Shown in pieces: positions 50,291 to 63,970 of a stretch of DNA of 64,000 nt. Where the stretch lies: NCBI GenBank assembly GCA_030390025.1, contig CM059430.1, forward strand, positions 74,586,001 through 74,650,000, given 5' to 3'. The position numbers and the translations under genes were made by a program. The DNA is from Squalus acanthias. Taxonomy: Eukaryota. The notes below the pieces were generated by a model. It was not told where the DNA came from and did not search any database. It saw only the letters and a program-made list of their open reading frames with translations. How positions within the stretch are numbered: the stretch's first letter is position 1; every line of letters begins with the position of its first letter.

Positions 50291-50618
50291 GTAGAAAATT
50301 CTCCTTCTCAGGAGGAGACGGGCTTGGTTTCTCCGTCTGTTTTGTCGCCTGGCGTCTAAAATTCTCTGATACAAAATCCCACAGAGGAACAGGACTTGAT
50401 TCTGAAAGGGCACCTTTCTCCCTCACAGGCTTCCTCTTTAAACAGAAAGTTGCAATGAAAAAATGGAAATAGTTGTTAAAGTAACTTTAGTAAAGTGAGT
50501 GGCTATAAAATCAGGTCGGGCTATGGTGGGAAACGTGCGATATCGGATTGGGAACACATCTAACCGCCTCACGGCCCGAGATGATTTTCCAGAACTGTAA
50601 CATTTTCATAAATTAATG

Positions 50619-50664
50619 CATACATACATACATACATACATACATACATACATACTTACTTACT
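50619..50664. repeat. (TACA)n(TACT)n microsatellite inside Harbinger B
   Basis: Direct reading. Confidence 0.95.
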
Positions 50665-51367
50665 TAGATGAAAATAATTGATGATCATTTTCGTTTTTAA
50701 AACTTTTTGAAATGTAAATAGTTCATTTTTTATTAGTCATTTTCACATTTAAGATAGAAACCTTAATCAATATGCCTTGTACACAACCACAGTTGCTATA
50801 CTACTCCAAATGGTCAAAACCCGTTTTTAAACTTTTTTTAAAATTGTAAACTTACCTAAGACTTAATTAAATAAACTTTGCTGGCTTTCAGATTTACAAA
50901 AGCTCACTTAAGTAGCCCCACTGCTAAAAGATTTCTTCCTCCTGCTGTCTCCGGAGCTATCGAAAATGGCTTACTCCTGCTTTTTACATGTGTAATTGGT
51001 AGGAGCTTACACACACACCTCCACCATTGATTAAAAAATCCAAGTTCTTTGCCCACGCGCAGACTCTCCGGCGCACGCGATTCCACGGACATACCTTAAG
51101 GTGAAGCCAGATGAAGTGCCGGTTTCCCACGCATGCGCAGTGCATGCAGGAAACCGGCACTTCGTGACCTAATACGCGAGAGTACACAGTGCATACTCTA
51201 CCGCATTAGGTCTAATTTTCGGGCCAATGTATGCGTTGGTTGAAATCTTCCAAAATTCCCTGAATTCTGGAGAGCTGCCAGCGGATCGGAAAACCGCAAA
51301 TATAACGCCACTATTCAATAAAGGAGGGTCACAGAATGCAGGGAACTTTAGGCCACTTATCCTAACA

Positions 51368-54300
51368 AAGAAACATAGAAGATAGGAGCAGCAGTAGGCC
51401 ATTCGGCACCTCGAGCCTGCTCCGCCATTCGATGAGATCATGGCTGATCATCCAAACTCAGTACCCTGTCCCTGCCTTCTCCCCATATCCCTTGCTACCT
51501 TTAGCTTTAAGAAATATATCTAACTCATTCTTGAATATATTTAATGACTTGGCCTCAACTACCTTCTGTGGTAGAAAATTCCACAGGTTCACCACTCTCT
51601 GTGTGAAGAAAGTCTTCCTCATTTCTGTCCTAAATGGCTTACCCCTTATCCTTAGATTATGACCCCTGGTTCTGGACACTCCGACCATCGGGAACATTCT
51701 TCCTGCATCTAGTTTGTCCAGACCTGTCAGAATTTTATATGTTTCGATGAGATCCCCTCTCATTCTTCTATACTCCAGCGAGTATAAGCCCAAGCGACCC
51801 AATCTCTTCTCATATGACATTCCTGCAATCCCAGGTATCAGCCTTGTGAATCTTCGCTGAACTCCCTCCATGGCAAGAAAATCCTTACTCAGATTAGGCG
51901 ACCAAAACTGCACACAATACTCAAGGTGTGGTCTCACCAAGGCCCTGTACAACTGCAGCAGGACATCCCTGTTCCTATACTCAAACCCTTTCGCTATGAA
52001 GGCCAACATACCATTTGCCTTCTTCACCGCTTGCTGCACCTGCATGCTTAACTTCAGCGATTGATGCACAAGGACACCCAGGTCTCGTTGCACTTCCCCT
52101 TCTCCCAATCTATTGCCATTCAGATAATAGTCTGCCTTGCTGTTTTTGACATCAAAATGGATAACCTCGCTTTTATCCACGTCATATTGCATCTGCCACG
52201 CTTCTGCCCACTCACCCAACCTGTCCAAATCATCCTGGAGTTTCTCGGTATCCGCCTCGCAGCACACACTGCCACCCAGCTTTGTGTCATCTGCAAACTT
52301 GGAGAAAATACATTTGGTTCCCTTATCTAGATCATTAATGTGTATTTTGAATAGCTGGAGTCCAAGGACCGATCCCTGCGGTACCCCACTAGTCACTGCT
52401 TGCCACTCGGAAAAAGACCCATTAATTCCTACACTTTGCTTTCTGTCCTCCAACCAGTTCTCTATCCAAGTCAATACCTTGCCCCCAATCCCATGTGCCT
52501 TAACTTTTCACGCTAATCTCTGATGCGGGACCTTATTGAAAGCCTTTTGAAAGTCCAAATACACCACATCTACTGGTTCTCCCTTATCTATTTTCCCAAT
52601 TACATCCTCAAAAAATTCCAGTAGATTAGTCAAGCACGATTTACCTTTTGTAAATCCATGTTGACTTTGTCCGATCCTGTCACTGTTTTTCAAGTGCTCA
52701 GCTATTACATTCTTTATAATGGACTCTAGCATTTTCCCCACTCCCGATGTCAGGCTCACCGCTCTGTAATTCCCCACTTTCTCTCTGCCACCCTTTTATA
52801 ATAGTGGGGTAACATTAGCTACCCTCCAATCCATGGGAACAGTTCCAGATTCCATCGAATGTTGGAAGATGATCAGCAATGCATCTCCTATTTCTAGGGC
52901 CACTTCCTTAAGTACCCTAGGATATAGATTATCAGGCCCTGGGGATTTATCGGCCTTCAATGCCATCAATTTCCCTAACACCATTTCCCTGCAAATCATG
53001 ATTTCTTTCAGTTCCTCCCTTTCATCAGACCGTATGTTCTCCAACATCTCTGGGAGGTTATTTGTGTCCTCCTTTGTGAGGACAGAAACAAAATATGCAT
53101 TTAATTGGCCTGCCATTTCTTTGTTCCCCATTATAACTTCCCCCGCTTCCGACTGCATGGGACCTACAATTGATTTCACTAATCATTTTCTCTTCACATA
53201 TTTATAAAAACTCTTACAGTCAGTTTTTATGTTCCCTGCAAGCTTACTTTCATATTCTATTCTCCCCTTCTTAATTAATCACTTTGTCCTCCTTTGTTGA
53301 ATCCTAAACTGCTCCCAATCCTCAGGGTTACCGCTTTTTCAGGCCAATTTATATGCCCTCTCCTTCGATCTTATGCTATCCCTAATTTCCCCTGTAAGCC
53401 ACGGTTGAGTCACCCTTTTTGTTGTATTCTTATGCCACACTGGGATGAACAAATTCTGTACTTCATCCATGCAGTCATTGAATGTTTGCCATTGCCTATC
53501 CACCGTCAACCCTTTGCGTGACATTCCCCAATCAATCCTACCCAATTCGCGCCTCATACCATCGTAGTTTCCTTTATTTAAATTCAGGACCATAGTCTCT
53601 GATTCATCTACTTCACTCTCCATCCTAATGAAGAATTCTATCATATTATGATCACTCTGACCCAAGGGGCCTCGTAAAACAAGTTTGCTAATTAACAATT
53701 TCTCGTTACAAAATACACAGTCTAAGATGGCCTGATCTCTGGTAGGTTCCTCGACATATTGTTCAAGAAAACCTTCCCGTAAATATTCTAGGAATTCCTC
53801 CTCCACTGTATTTTTACTAATTTGGTTTGCCCAATTTATATGTAAATTAAAGTCACCCATGATGACTGCTGTGCCCTTACTGCATGCTTCTCTAATATCC
53901 CTTTTAATGCCATCCCCACCCTCTGTATTACTGTTTGGAGGTCTATATACCACTCCCACTAACGTTTTCTGACCCTTGTTATTTCTCAGTTCTACGCATA
54001 CAGATTACGCATCATCAGAGCTAATATCCTTCCTTTCAATTGTGTTAATCCCCTCTTTAACCAGCAATGCTACCGCACCTCCCTTTCTTTTTTGCCTATC
54101 TTTCCTAAATATTGAATACCCCTGGATGTTGATTTCCCAGCCTTGACCACCCTGGAGCCATGTTTCTGTAATCCCAATCAAATCGCACTCATTAACCTCT
54201 ATTTACGCAGCTAATTCATCCACCTTGCTCCGAATGCTCCTTGCATTAAGACACAAAGCATTCAGGCTTGTTTTTTTAACGCTCTCAGACGTATATGAAT

Positions 54301-54784
54301 GATTATTTACTGTGACCATGTTTGATTTAAACCGTTGAGTTCTTTGCCTTGTACTTTTGTTTGTCTCCTTCCTGTCTTTTGCTTTTATCCTTGTTTCCCT
54401 TTCCTCTGTCTCCCTGCTCAGGTTCCCAATCCCCTGCCACTTTAGTTTAAACCCTCCCCAACAGCACTAGCAAACACTCCCCCTAGGACATCGGTCCCGG
54501 CCCTGCCCAGGTGCAGACCGGCCCGTTTGTACTGCTCCCACCTCCCCCAGAACCGGTTCCAATGTCCAAGGAATTTGAATCCCTCCCCCTTGCACCATTC
54601 CTCTAGCCACGTATTCATTTGAAATATCCTCCTATACCTACTCTGACTAGCACGTGGCACTGGTAGAAATCATGAGATTACTACCTTTGAGGTCCTATTT
54701 TTTAATTTGCCTCCTAACTCCCTATATTCTGCTTTTAGGACCGCATCCCGTTTTTTACCTGTATCGTTGATGCCTATGTGCGCC
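51368..54784 (-). mobile_element. Relatively young CR1 LINE (nearly complete ORF2 plus ORF1 C-terminus)
   Basis: 338-aa open RT C-terminal ORF 51458-52474; APE ORF 53339-53959 (VYRPP, GDFN, SDH); ORF1 esterase GLHL motif at 54442-54660. Confidence 0.95.
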
Positions 54785-56199
54785 ACATCTGTCATTGGGA
54801 AAATGCGGGAATCCATTATGAAGGAGGTAATAGCAGGACGTTTAGAAAATCATAAGACAATCAAGCAGAGTCAGCATGTTTTTATGAAAGGGAAATCGTG
54901 TTTGACAAAGTTGCTCGAGTTCTTTCAGGATGTAACGAGCAGGGTGGATAAAGGGGAATCAGTAGATGTCCTGTATTTCGATTTCCAGAAGGCATTCGAT
55001 AGGATGCCATATAAAAGGTTACTGCACAAGATAAGAGCGCACAGGGTTTGGGGTAATTTAATGGCATGAATAGGGGATTGGCTAACTAACAGAAAACAGA
55101 GATTCGGGATAAATGGGGCATTTTCCGGTTGGCAATCAGTAACTAGTGAGGTGCCACTGGTATCAGTGCTGGGGCCTCAACTATTTACAATCTATATTAA
55201 TGGCTTGGATGAAGGAACCGAGTGTACTGTAGCCAAATTTGCTGATGGTACAAAGATAGCTGGGTAGCAAGTTGTGAGGAGGACACAGATAGTCTGCAAA
55301 GGGCTATAGATAGGTTAAGTGAGTGGGCAAAAATTTGGCAGATGGAGTATAATGAGGGAAAATGTGAGGTTATCCACTTTGGAAGGAAGAATGAAAAAAC
55401 AAATTATTATTTAATTAGAGTGAGGCTACAAAATGCTGCGGTACAAAGGGATCTGGGTGTACTTGTACATGAAACACAAAAAGTTAGCATGCAGTTAGAG
55501 CAATTAATTAGGAAGGCTAATGGAATGTTGGCCTTTATTGCAAGGGGTATGGAGTATAAAAGTAGAGAAGTTTTGATGCAACTTTACAGGGCGCTGGTGA
55601 GACCGCACCTGGAATACTGCGTACAGTTTTGTTCTCCATATTTGAGGAAGGATGTACATATATTGGAGTTTGTGCAGAGAAGGTTCACTAGGTTGATTCG
55701 TGGGATGAATGGGTTGATGTATGAAGAACGGTTGAGCAGGTGGTGCCTATACACATTGGAGTTGAGCAGAATTACAGCTGATCTTATTGAAACATATAAG
55801 ATTCTGAGGGGGATTGACAGGTTGATGCTGAGAGAATGTTTCCCCTACTGGAGGTAACTAGAGCTTGGGGGCATAGATTTAGAATAAGGGGTCGCCTATT
55901 TAAGACGGAGATGTGTAGGAATTTATTCTCTCAGATGCTCGTGAATTTGGGGAATTTGCTACCCCAGAGAGCTGCGGAGGCAGAGTCATTGAATATATTC
56001 AAGGCGGAGATAGAAGAGACATTTGAACTGCAAGGGAATCAAATTGTATGGGGAGAGAACGGGACAGTGGTGCTGAGGTCAAGATTGTATCAGCCATGAT
56101 CTTATTGAATGGCAGAGCAGGCTCTGGGCCCGATTGGCCTACTCCTGCTCCTGTTTCTCATGTTCTTTCTTATCTTCTTTTGTAAAGGGTCTACTCCTC

Positions 56200-56497
56200 T
56201 CTTGAAAACCAAAATACTTTCTCTGAACAAATTCCTGACGAACAAATAATAGGCGAAACACAGCCACTTTATTTCTTAGGTGGTTCTCCAAGGAAACCGA
56301 TTCCTTGTTGTATTTCTTAACCCTGATAGCTCCAATCGTTTGAAATGGCATTTTCGGATGCGAGTCCGCCTTCCAAACAAGCAAGTGGAGCAAAATGGCA
56401 CACAAAGTTTTTGTTCGCGTGGATTAAATCCTTCCTGAGAAATTGCTTGATCAGCTCCAACCAGATGGTTGAATCTGTGATTACGCAAAACCAGCAC
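56200..56497 (-). pseudogene. Possible decayed Ig V-like exon
   Basis: ag|(G)AGFA*SQIQPS then, in another frame, LC...LVW...HPKMPFQTIG...VSLENHLRNKVAVFRLLFVRQE...KYFG, resembling V strands B-F; the second Cys is missing. Confidence 0.28.
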
Positions 56498-57039
56498 CTA
56501 TTTAGATAATTATCAGAGTGAAGCTGGACAGAATGATCCTAATGATTCTGCACTGGACAGAAATTAACAAACTGCACCACCTTTAATTCAGATGCACATG
56601 TGTGCCCACAGCACACGTGATGAAATGCGCATCCTCTGCACCAAAATCAAATCTCATCCAATTTTTGTTGTGAACAATAAGAAACATCTAAGAAATAACC
56701 CACGATCGGCAAGAAGTGCTTTATTTAGTCGTAGTAAATAAAGTATTGCTTAATATCATAGCCTTATAATAATATATGTCATTCAAGTAATATTGATGTA
56801 TTGTGATGCACATCGCAGCAGTTACATTTAAAGCGAGGAAGATGTAATCATTCTAAATCCTTCTGCCAACACTATTATGAACGTTATTGGACAATTAATA
56901 CAAATTCCATATTTGCACGATCAAAATATGACCTTCTGATGCGTGTGACGGTAGATGTATTCAGTCATTGGCTGCATCACAGCATTATATTTTCCTCTAC
57001 TGTTCCTTTGCTTTATTGGACGATATAGTAAGGAAGAAA

Positions 57040-57900
57040 TAACTTGAACTTATATCGTACTTGTCACCACTCAGAAGGTGCTGAAGCGCTTTACAGCTAA
57101 TTAAGTATTTCTGGCATAAAATCACTGTTGTACTGTCTGAAACACGGTAACCATTTCACACCAAGCAAGTTTCCGGGAACAGCAATGACATTCTGACGCG
57201 ATAATCTTCTTTAGAGATAATGTCCCGGATATTCCGATCCCTACAGGTGGCTACGCGATGTGTAACCACCCGTCGTGACATCGGAAATGCCGGTTTCTGG
57301 CATGCACAGCGCATGCGCTGAAAACCGGCATTTCCGATCTGCCAAGAATCGTATTGACAGATCCTTCGGCTGCCCTGGAGAAGGGCCTCTGCGAGCGGAG
57401 AGTTCAGCTTTTTGGAGACCCTTCGCCCGCAGAAAACCCTTACAATTCTTAAGCCTGGTAAAAAGTTTTACTACGTTTTTTCATTGATCTCCATTCTATA
57501 TTTGACAGTTCTTCCAGTCAAATGTATGAAAGGAGATTCCTTTCTGTGTTTGGCTCTCCATGGCCCACGTGATCTCAGGGACACTGCTAACTACATGCGC
57601 CCCTGGGTACCTGGGCCCTGCGCACTTGGAGTTTGGTGAGGCCCAGGAGCGGAAGCGTGTGCGTCCCGGGAGCCCTCAGTTAAGGGCGCAGATTTTTCCA
57701 GATCGCAGGCCTCCGCTCAATGGGTTGAGGGATAACTGACACCGGGGAGAACTCCTTTGCTCTTTTTGGAAATGTGCTCTGGGATACTTCCTGTCCACTT
57801 GAGAGTGTAGAGGGGCCCTCGGTATAAAGTCTCATCCGACACAGGACACACCCGAGATTGCAGCACTCCCTAAATACTGCACTGAAGTGCATCATCAGAA
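57040..57900 (-). mobile_element. DeuSINE split by a MITE
   Basis: 57040-57220 and 57721-57900 match the reverse complement of 15760-16180. Confidence 0.7.
57222..57720. mobile_element. Internally deleted MITE of the 34694 subfamily
   Basis: Starts gtcccggatattccgatc; hairpin gccggtttc...gaaaaccggc; collinear with 34694-35437. Confidence 0.82.
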
Positions 57901-58159
57901 TAACGATAATAGTCTCCTACGTGCTTTAATGAGAAAATTTTGAAGTCATAAATTTCTAGGAGTAGAGTTATTGAAAGGAATGTTGCTCATTTTACGCTTT
58001 TTTATTTGTTTCAATTAATTTTGTCATTTTTTTTTTCTTATAATCAATACTTATGAATTCAATCTACTTGTATTAACACTGAATACTCCAAATTTACAAA
58101 CACGCTCCAATGCATCAGTAATCCCAGTTGCGACCTTTTTATATTAAATTAAAAGTGAA

Positions 58160-58815
58160 CGGTAGCCTAGTGTTTATGTCACTGGGCCTCTAATCCGAAA
58201 CCGGGGCGAATAATCCGCAGACGTGAGTTCAATTTGTGATGTTTAATATGTGATGTTTAAATTCTGTTAATTAAATAAAAAGCTAGTATTAGTAATGATC
58301 AGGAAACCACCTGATTGTCGGAAAAAAACATCTGCTTTACTAATGAACTTCAGGGAAGGAAATCAGTCGTCCTTACCTGGTCTGCTCTATATGTGACTCC
58401 AGATACACAACACTGTGATTCACTCTCAACTGCCCTCTGAAATGGGCAGGAAGCTACTGAGTTGCAACAAACCGTTAAAAGAAACAACAATAAGAATAAA
58501 AACGGACGGACCACTGGACATCGTCCTCTGCACTGGCTTCGAACACGACAAACGCACAACCTGCCCAGTCGACACAGCAAAGTCCCCCTCACTATCATCT
58601 GGGGACTTGTGCCAGAATCGGGAGAGTTGTCCCACAGATTAGTTAAGTAACAGCCTGATAGTCATGCTCACAGGATCATAACTTCAGCCAATGTCCCAGA
58701 CTCCTCCATCACCATCCCTGGGTTAGTCCTGTCCCACCGGTGGGATAGACCTACCAGAGGTGACGGCACAGTGGTGCACAGTCGGGAGGGAGTGACCCTG
58801 GGAGTCCTCAACATT
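58160..58815 (+). mobile_element. Family-B LINE 5' portion with tRNA-like head
   Basis: Matches 15634-15755 plus 16197-16710; IWGLVPESGELSHRLVK. Confidence 0.82.
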
Positions 58816-60515
58816 GACTCTGGATCTAATAGCCATAATGGAGATGTGGTTGCAAAGTGGCCAAGGTTGGGACCTAAATATTACAGGATACTTAACTTTT
58901 AGAAGGGATAGGCAGGATGGAAAAGGAGGACGGAAAGCCCTGGTAATAAACGATGAGATAAAGACAGTAGAGAGAAAGGATCAAGTAGTAGCAGTTTGGG
59001 TGGAGCTAAGAAAGAGTGACGAGCAGAAAACATTGGTGGGAGTTGTTTATAGGCCCCCAAACATTAGTTATACTGTAGGGCAGAGTATACATCAGGAAAT
59101 TAGAGCCGCATTTAACACGGGTAATACAGTTATCATGGGGGGCATTAATCTACATTTAGACTGGGCAAATCAAATTTGCAGTAATAGTGTGGATGACGAA
59201 TTCATGGAATGCATGCAAGACAGTTTTTAGATCAGTATGTTGAGGAACCAACTGGGGAACAGGATATTTTAGATCTAGTATTGTGCAATGAGAAATGGTT
59301 AATTTATAATCTTGTAGTGAATGGGTCTTGAGCGAAGAGTGACCATAATATGATAGAATTCAATATTGAGCTTGAATGTGATTTAGTTAAATCCGAAACT
59401 AGGATCTTTCATCTAAACAAAGCAAACTACGTAGGTATGAGCGGCGTGTTGGCTAAGGTAGATTGAGAAACGACATTAAAAGGTATAACGGTAGAAAACC
59501 AATGGTTAGCATTTAAAGAATTAATACAACATTTACACCAGATATACATTCCTTTATGGCAAGAAAAAGCCCACAGGAAAAGAGGTCGAACCGTGACTAA
59601 CAAGAGAAGTTAAAGATAGTATTAGATCAAAGCAAGAGGCTTATAATGTTGCCAAAAAGAGTAGTAAGCCTGAGAATAGGGATGATTTTAGAATTCATCA
59701 AAGGAGAACCAAAAAATTGTTCAAGAAAGAGGAAATAGAATATGAGAGTAAACTATCGACAGGCATAAAAACAAATTGTAAAAGTTTCTACAGGTATGTA
59801 AAAAGGAAAAGATTATCGAAAGTAAATGTGAGTCCCTTACAGGCAGAGACCTGACAAATTATAATGGGGAATAAGGAAATGGCAGCGAAATTAAACAAAT
59901 ACTTTGTGTCTTTCTTCACGGAAGAAGACGCAAAAACCTTCCCAGAAATAGTCGAGAATCAAGGGTCTAGCGAGAACGAGGAATTGTGAGATATTAGTAT
60001 TAGTAAAAGAGTAGTACTAGAGGAATTAATGGGACTGAAAGCCAATAAATCCCCTCGACTTGAAAGCTTACATCCTAGGGTATTGAAAGAGGTGGCTACA
60101 GAGATAGTGGCTGCATTGGTTGTCATTTTCCAAAATTCCATAGATTTTAGATTGGTTCCCGCGGATTGGAAGGTAGCAAATGTAACCACACTATTTAAGA
60201 AAGGAGGGAGAGATACAACGGTAACTACAGACCAGTTAGCCTGACATCAGTAGTAGGGAAAATGCTAGAATCTGTTATTAAGGACATGGTAACAGGGCAC
60301 ATAAAAATAACAATAATAATAAAGGATTGGGCAAAGTCAACCCGGATTAATGAAAGGGAAATCGTGTTTGATAAATCTGCTGAGTTTTTTGAGTTTGTAA
60401 CTACCAGAATAGATAAGGGGGAACCAGTGGATGTGGTGTATATAGATTTTCAGAAGGCACTCGATAAGCTGCCACACAAGAGGTTATTAAACAAAATTAA
60501 GGTCCATGGGATTTG
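58816..60515 (+). mobile_element. CR1 ORF2 fragment between family-B pieces
   Basis: DLIAIMEMWL, GVVYRPP, LHPRVLKE, DFQKALDK. Confidence 0.88.
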
Positions 60516-60708
60516 TGATGTGGCATACAGGACCCCTAGTAAAAAAAAGGTCAATGGGTATCAGGTGAAAAACTCTCCACTGGCTGGATTATACCTAGAT
60601 CAAAGGAAGTTAGTTGTGGTTGTTGGATGACAATCATTTCAGCCCCTGGACATCGCTGCAGCAGTTCATCAGGGCAGAGCACTAGGCTCATCAATCTTCA
60701 GCTGCCTC
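60516..60708 (+). mobile_element. Family-B RT fragment
   Basis: tgtggcat...cctagtaaaa...tcaatggg...YLDQRKLVVVVG. Confidence 0.72.
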
Positions 60709-63700
60709 ATAGAATTATAGAATTATATAATGGTTACAACACATAAGGAGTCCATTGGCCCGTCGAACCCATGCCAGCTTTCTGCAAGAGCACTTCAGCT
60801 AGTCTCACTCCCCTGCTCTTTCCCCGTACCCCTGCAAATAAACTCATTCAATTTAGTTAAACACGATTCATTTTAACAAATCCGTGCTGGCTTTCCTTAG
60901 TTAATCCACACTTGTCCAAGTGACTGTTAATTTTATCCCGGATTATCGTTTCTATAAGCTTCCCCACTACCGAGTGTAAACTGAATGGCGTATAAATGCT
61001 GGGTGCAACCTTATACCCTTTTTCGAACAAGGGTGCAACATTTGCAATTATCCGATCCTTTGGCACCACCCCCGTATCTCAGAACGATTGGAAGATTATG
61101 GCCAATACCTCCGCGATTTCCACCTTTACATCCCTTAGCATCCTAGGATACATCCCATCTGGTCCTGGTGACTGAACTACTTTAAGTACAGCCAGCCTTT
61201 ATTGTACCTCCTCTTTATCAAGTTTTATCCCATTAAGTATCTCAACTACCTCCTCTTTCACTGTGACTTTGGCAGCATCTTAATCCTTGATGAAGACAGA
61301 AGTAAAGTACTCATTTAGTAAATTAGCCACGTCCTCTGTCTCCATGTGTAGGTTTCCTTTTTGGTCCCTAATCGGCCCCACCCCTCCTCTTACTACCCAT
61401 TTACTATTTATATGTCCATAGAAGACTTTTAGATTCCGTTTTACGTTAGCTGCCAACCTATTTTCATATTATCTCTTTGCCCCGCATATTTCCTTTTCCA
61501 CTTCCACTTTGAACTTTCTATATTCAGTCTGTTTCTCACTTGTATTCCAACCTGACATTTGTCATACATTCTTTTTTTTCTGCTTCATCTGACTCTCTAT
61601 CTCTATCGTCATGCAGGGAGATTTGGCTTTGGTTGCCCTACCTTTCCCCCTCGTGGGAATGTACCTCGACTGTCCCCGAACCATCTCTTTTTCAAGGCAG
61701 CCCATTGTTTGATTTCAGTTTTGCCTGTCAATCTTTGATTCCAATTTACCTGGGACAGATCCATTCTCAACTCACTGAAATTTGCCTTCGTCCAATTAAT
61801 TATTTTTACTCTAGATTGCTCCCTGACATTTTCCCTAGCTAATCTAAACCTTCTGACATGGTGATCACTGTTCCCTAATTGTTCCCCTACTGACACTTGC
61901 CCCACTTGAGCCAATCCATTCCACAGAACTAGATCCAGCAATGCATCCTTCCTCGTTGGGACATAAAGGTACTGGTCAAGAATGCTCTCCTTTAAACACT
62001 TCAGAAATTCTTCCCCCTGTCTACCCTTTACACTATTACTATCCCAGTCTATATTAGGAAAGTTGATGTCCCCCATTATCACGACTCTACAGTTCTTGCA
62101 CGTATCTGTAATTTCCCTGCACATTTGCTCCTCTGTATCCTGCCCACTACTTGGTGGCCTATAGAATATAACTAGTAGTTTATTGGCACCTCTATTATTT
62201 CTTAACTCTAACCAATTAGATTATGTCCTTGAACCAAACAGGACATTCTCTCTCTCCAGCACTGTAATGTTCTCCTCAATCAACACTGCCAGCCCTACTC
62301 CTTTCATTCTTTCCCTATCTTTGCTAAACACCTTATAACCAGGAATATAAGTACCCAATCCAACCCTTTTTTGAGCCAGTTCTACGTTATCGCCACGACA
62401 TCATATTCCCATGTGGCTATTTGTACCTGCAGCTCACCAACATAATTTACCACGCTTCATGCGTTGACAGACATGCACTGTAAACCTATCTTTGACCTTG
62501 TTGTATTCTCTCTTAGCCTGACTCCACCTAATACCGAATTATTTCTTGCTCCTGTGCTATTTATCTCTCCCAATCCGTTGTGCACCCTTTTTCTGCTTTC
62601 TACTGCTACAGCTTAGTTCCCAGCCGCCTGCCAAATTAGTTTAAACGCTCCCCTACATCACTAGCAATGTCTCCCCCACCCCGCGAGGGTATTGGTTTCA
62701 ACGCTGTTAAGGTGCAAACCGACCGGCCTGTACAGCTCCCACCTCCCCCAGAACCGGTCCCAATGTCTCAGGAATCTAAAGCCTTCCCTCCTGTACCATC
62801 TCTCCAGCCATGCATTCATCTGCTCTAAACTCCTACTTCTATACTCACTAGCTCGTGGCACCGGGAATAATCCAGTGATTACTATCTTTTGAGTTCCTGC
62901 TTTATAAACGCTTTCCTAGCTCCCTAAAAACTGCCTGCAGGACCTCATCCCTCTTTGTACCTATATTGTTGGTACCGATATGAGCCACGACCTCTGGCAG
63001 TTCACCCTTCCTCCTCAGTATGTTCGGCAGCAGCTCAGAGACATCCTTGACCGTGGCACCTGGGAGGCAACATACCATTCTGGAATCACGTCTCCAGCCG
63101 CAATTAAGACTGTGTTCCACCAACTATCGAATCCGCTTTCCCTATTGCTTTCACGATCTTCCTCCTCCTGCCCTGCACAGCGGAGCCAGACATGGTGCCG
63201 TGGACTTGCTCTTCTTGGACCCTTCTTCTTGAATCCCAGAGGTTGAGCTTCTCCAGCTGACGACACTTCCGGCACACGTGGATGTCCAAGACAGAGGCAG
63301 CATCCTGGAGTTCCCACATGGCACAAGATGTACATTTCACGGGACTGAGGTACCCTGCAATGCGTCTATTTTATAGGCTATTAACTGGCTTAACAGAAAT
63401 AAACGCAGGACTTTAAAAAAAACAATCACCAGCTACTCACCAATTTGCCCCTTCCTTTGTGCTGAAGTCACTTTTGTTTTCTTTGCCTCACTCCCTGTTG
63501 CTCTCATTCCCTTCAGGCTCTCGGGCCTATCTTTATCTCCTCTCGCTCCTCTCGTTCTCCTAAATTTCCGCTCTTGGTCCTATCAGCTTAGAGTCAAAGT
63601 TTTCTGTGGCTCCACTCCTCCTTTTCAGTCAGACGGCTCACCCACTTTCCTCCTCTCCACCGATTTCCTATGTTCACCAAACTCTTCCACTCTGCTTGTG

Positions 63701-63970
63701 ATCCACTGCGATTGCATTCACCCAGCTCTGTCTCCAAGCTTCTTGCTCAAGCTCTGTGCTTTTGCAAACTAGTATCTAATAGATACCTTTTGAGAGTCAA
63801 AAAACTTACAACTGCTCAATCAGTTGAAAGCTCACAGCTTTTAACACCTAATCAATCAACCACATACAGCTGATAGCTTTTAATTGCAAACTGCAACTGA
63901 CCAGGCAGTTTCTTTTATGTTTCAAGACAAAGCTAAATTCCAATCTGATGATTACTTACCTAACTAACCT
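60709..63970 (-). mobile_element. Internally deleted CR1 with ORF1 (zinc finger + SGNH/GDSL esterase) and probable 5' UTR
   Basis: CTSCAMWE...VCRKC; ADSIV; CCLPGA; HIGTNN; GLHLN; ORF2 APE GDIN/SDH; jumps from QHGFVK to the 3' tail at ~60850. Confidence 0.88.

Larger units (their letters stand above)
46619..51225. mobile_element. Harbinger B: full-length 4.6-kb two-gene PIF/Harbinger transposon (decayed)
   Basis: TIR agcccagaaattag / ctaattttcgggcc; interrupts CR1 precisely; contains convergent Myb/SANT and transposase genes. Confidence 0.92.
45200..56170 (+). mobile_element. CR1 LINE backbone in three pieces (45200-46618, 51226-51367, 54785-56170)
   Basis: YLNA/GDFN endonuclease remnants; GPDGLHPR continues after Harbinger B; the NYRP..LT-SVIGKM motif rejoins across the minus-strand CR1; 3' tail at ~56170. 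Confidence 0.85.
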
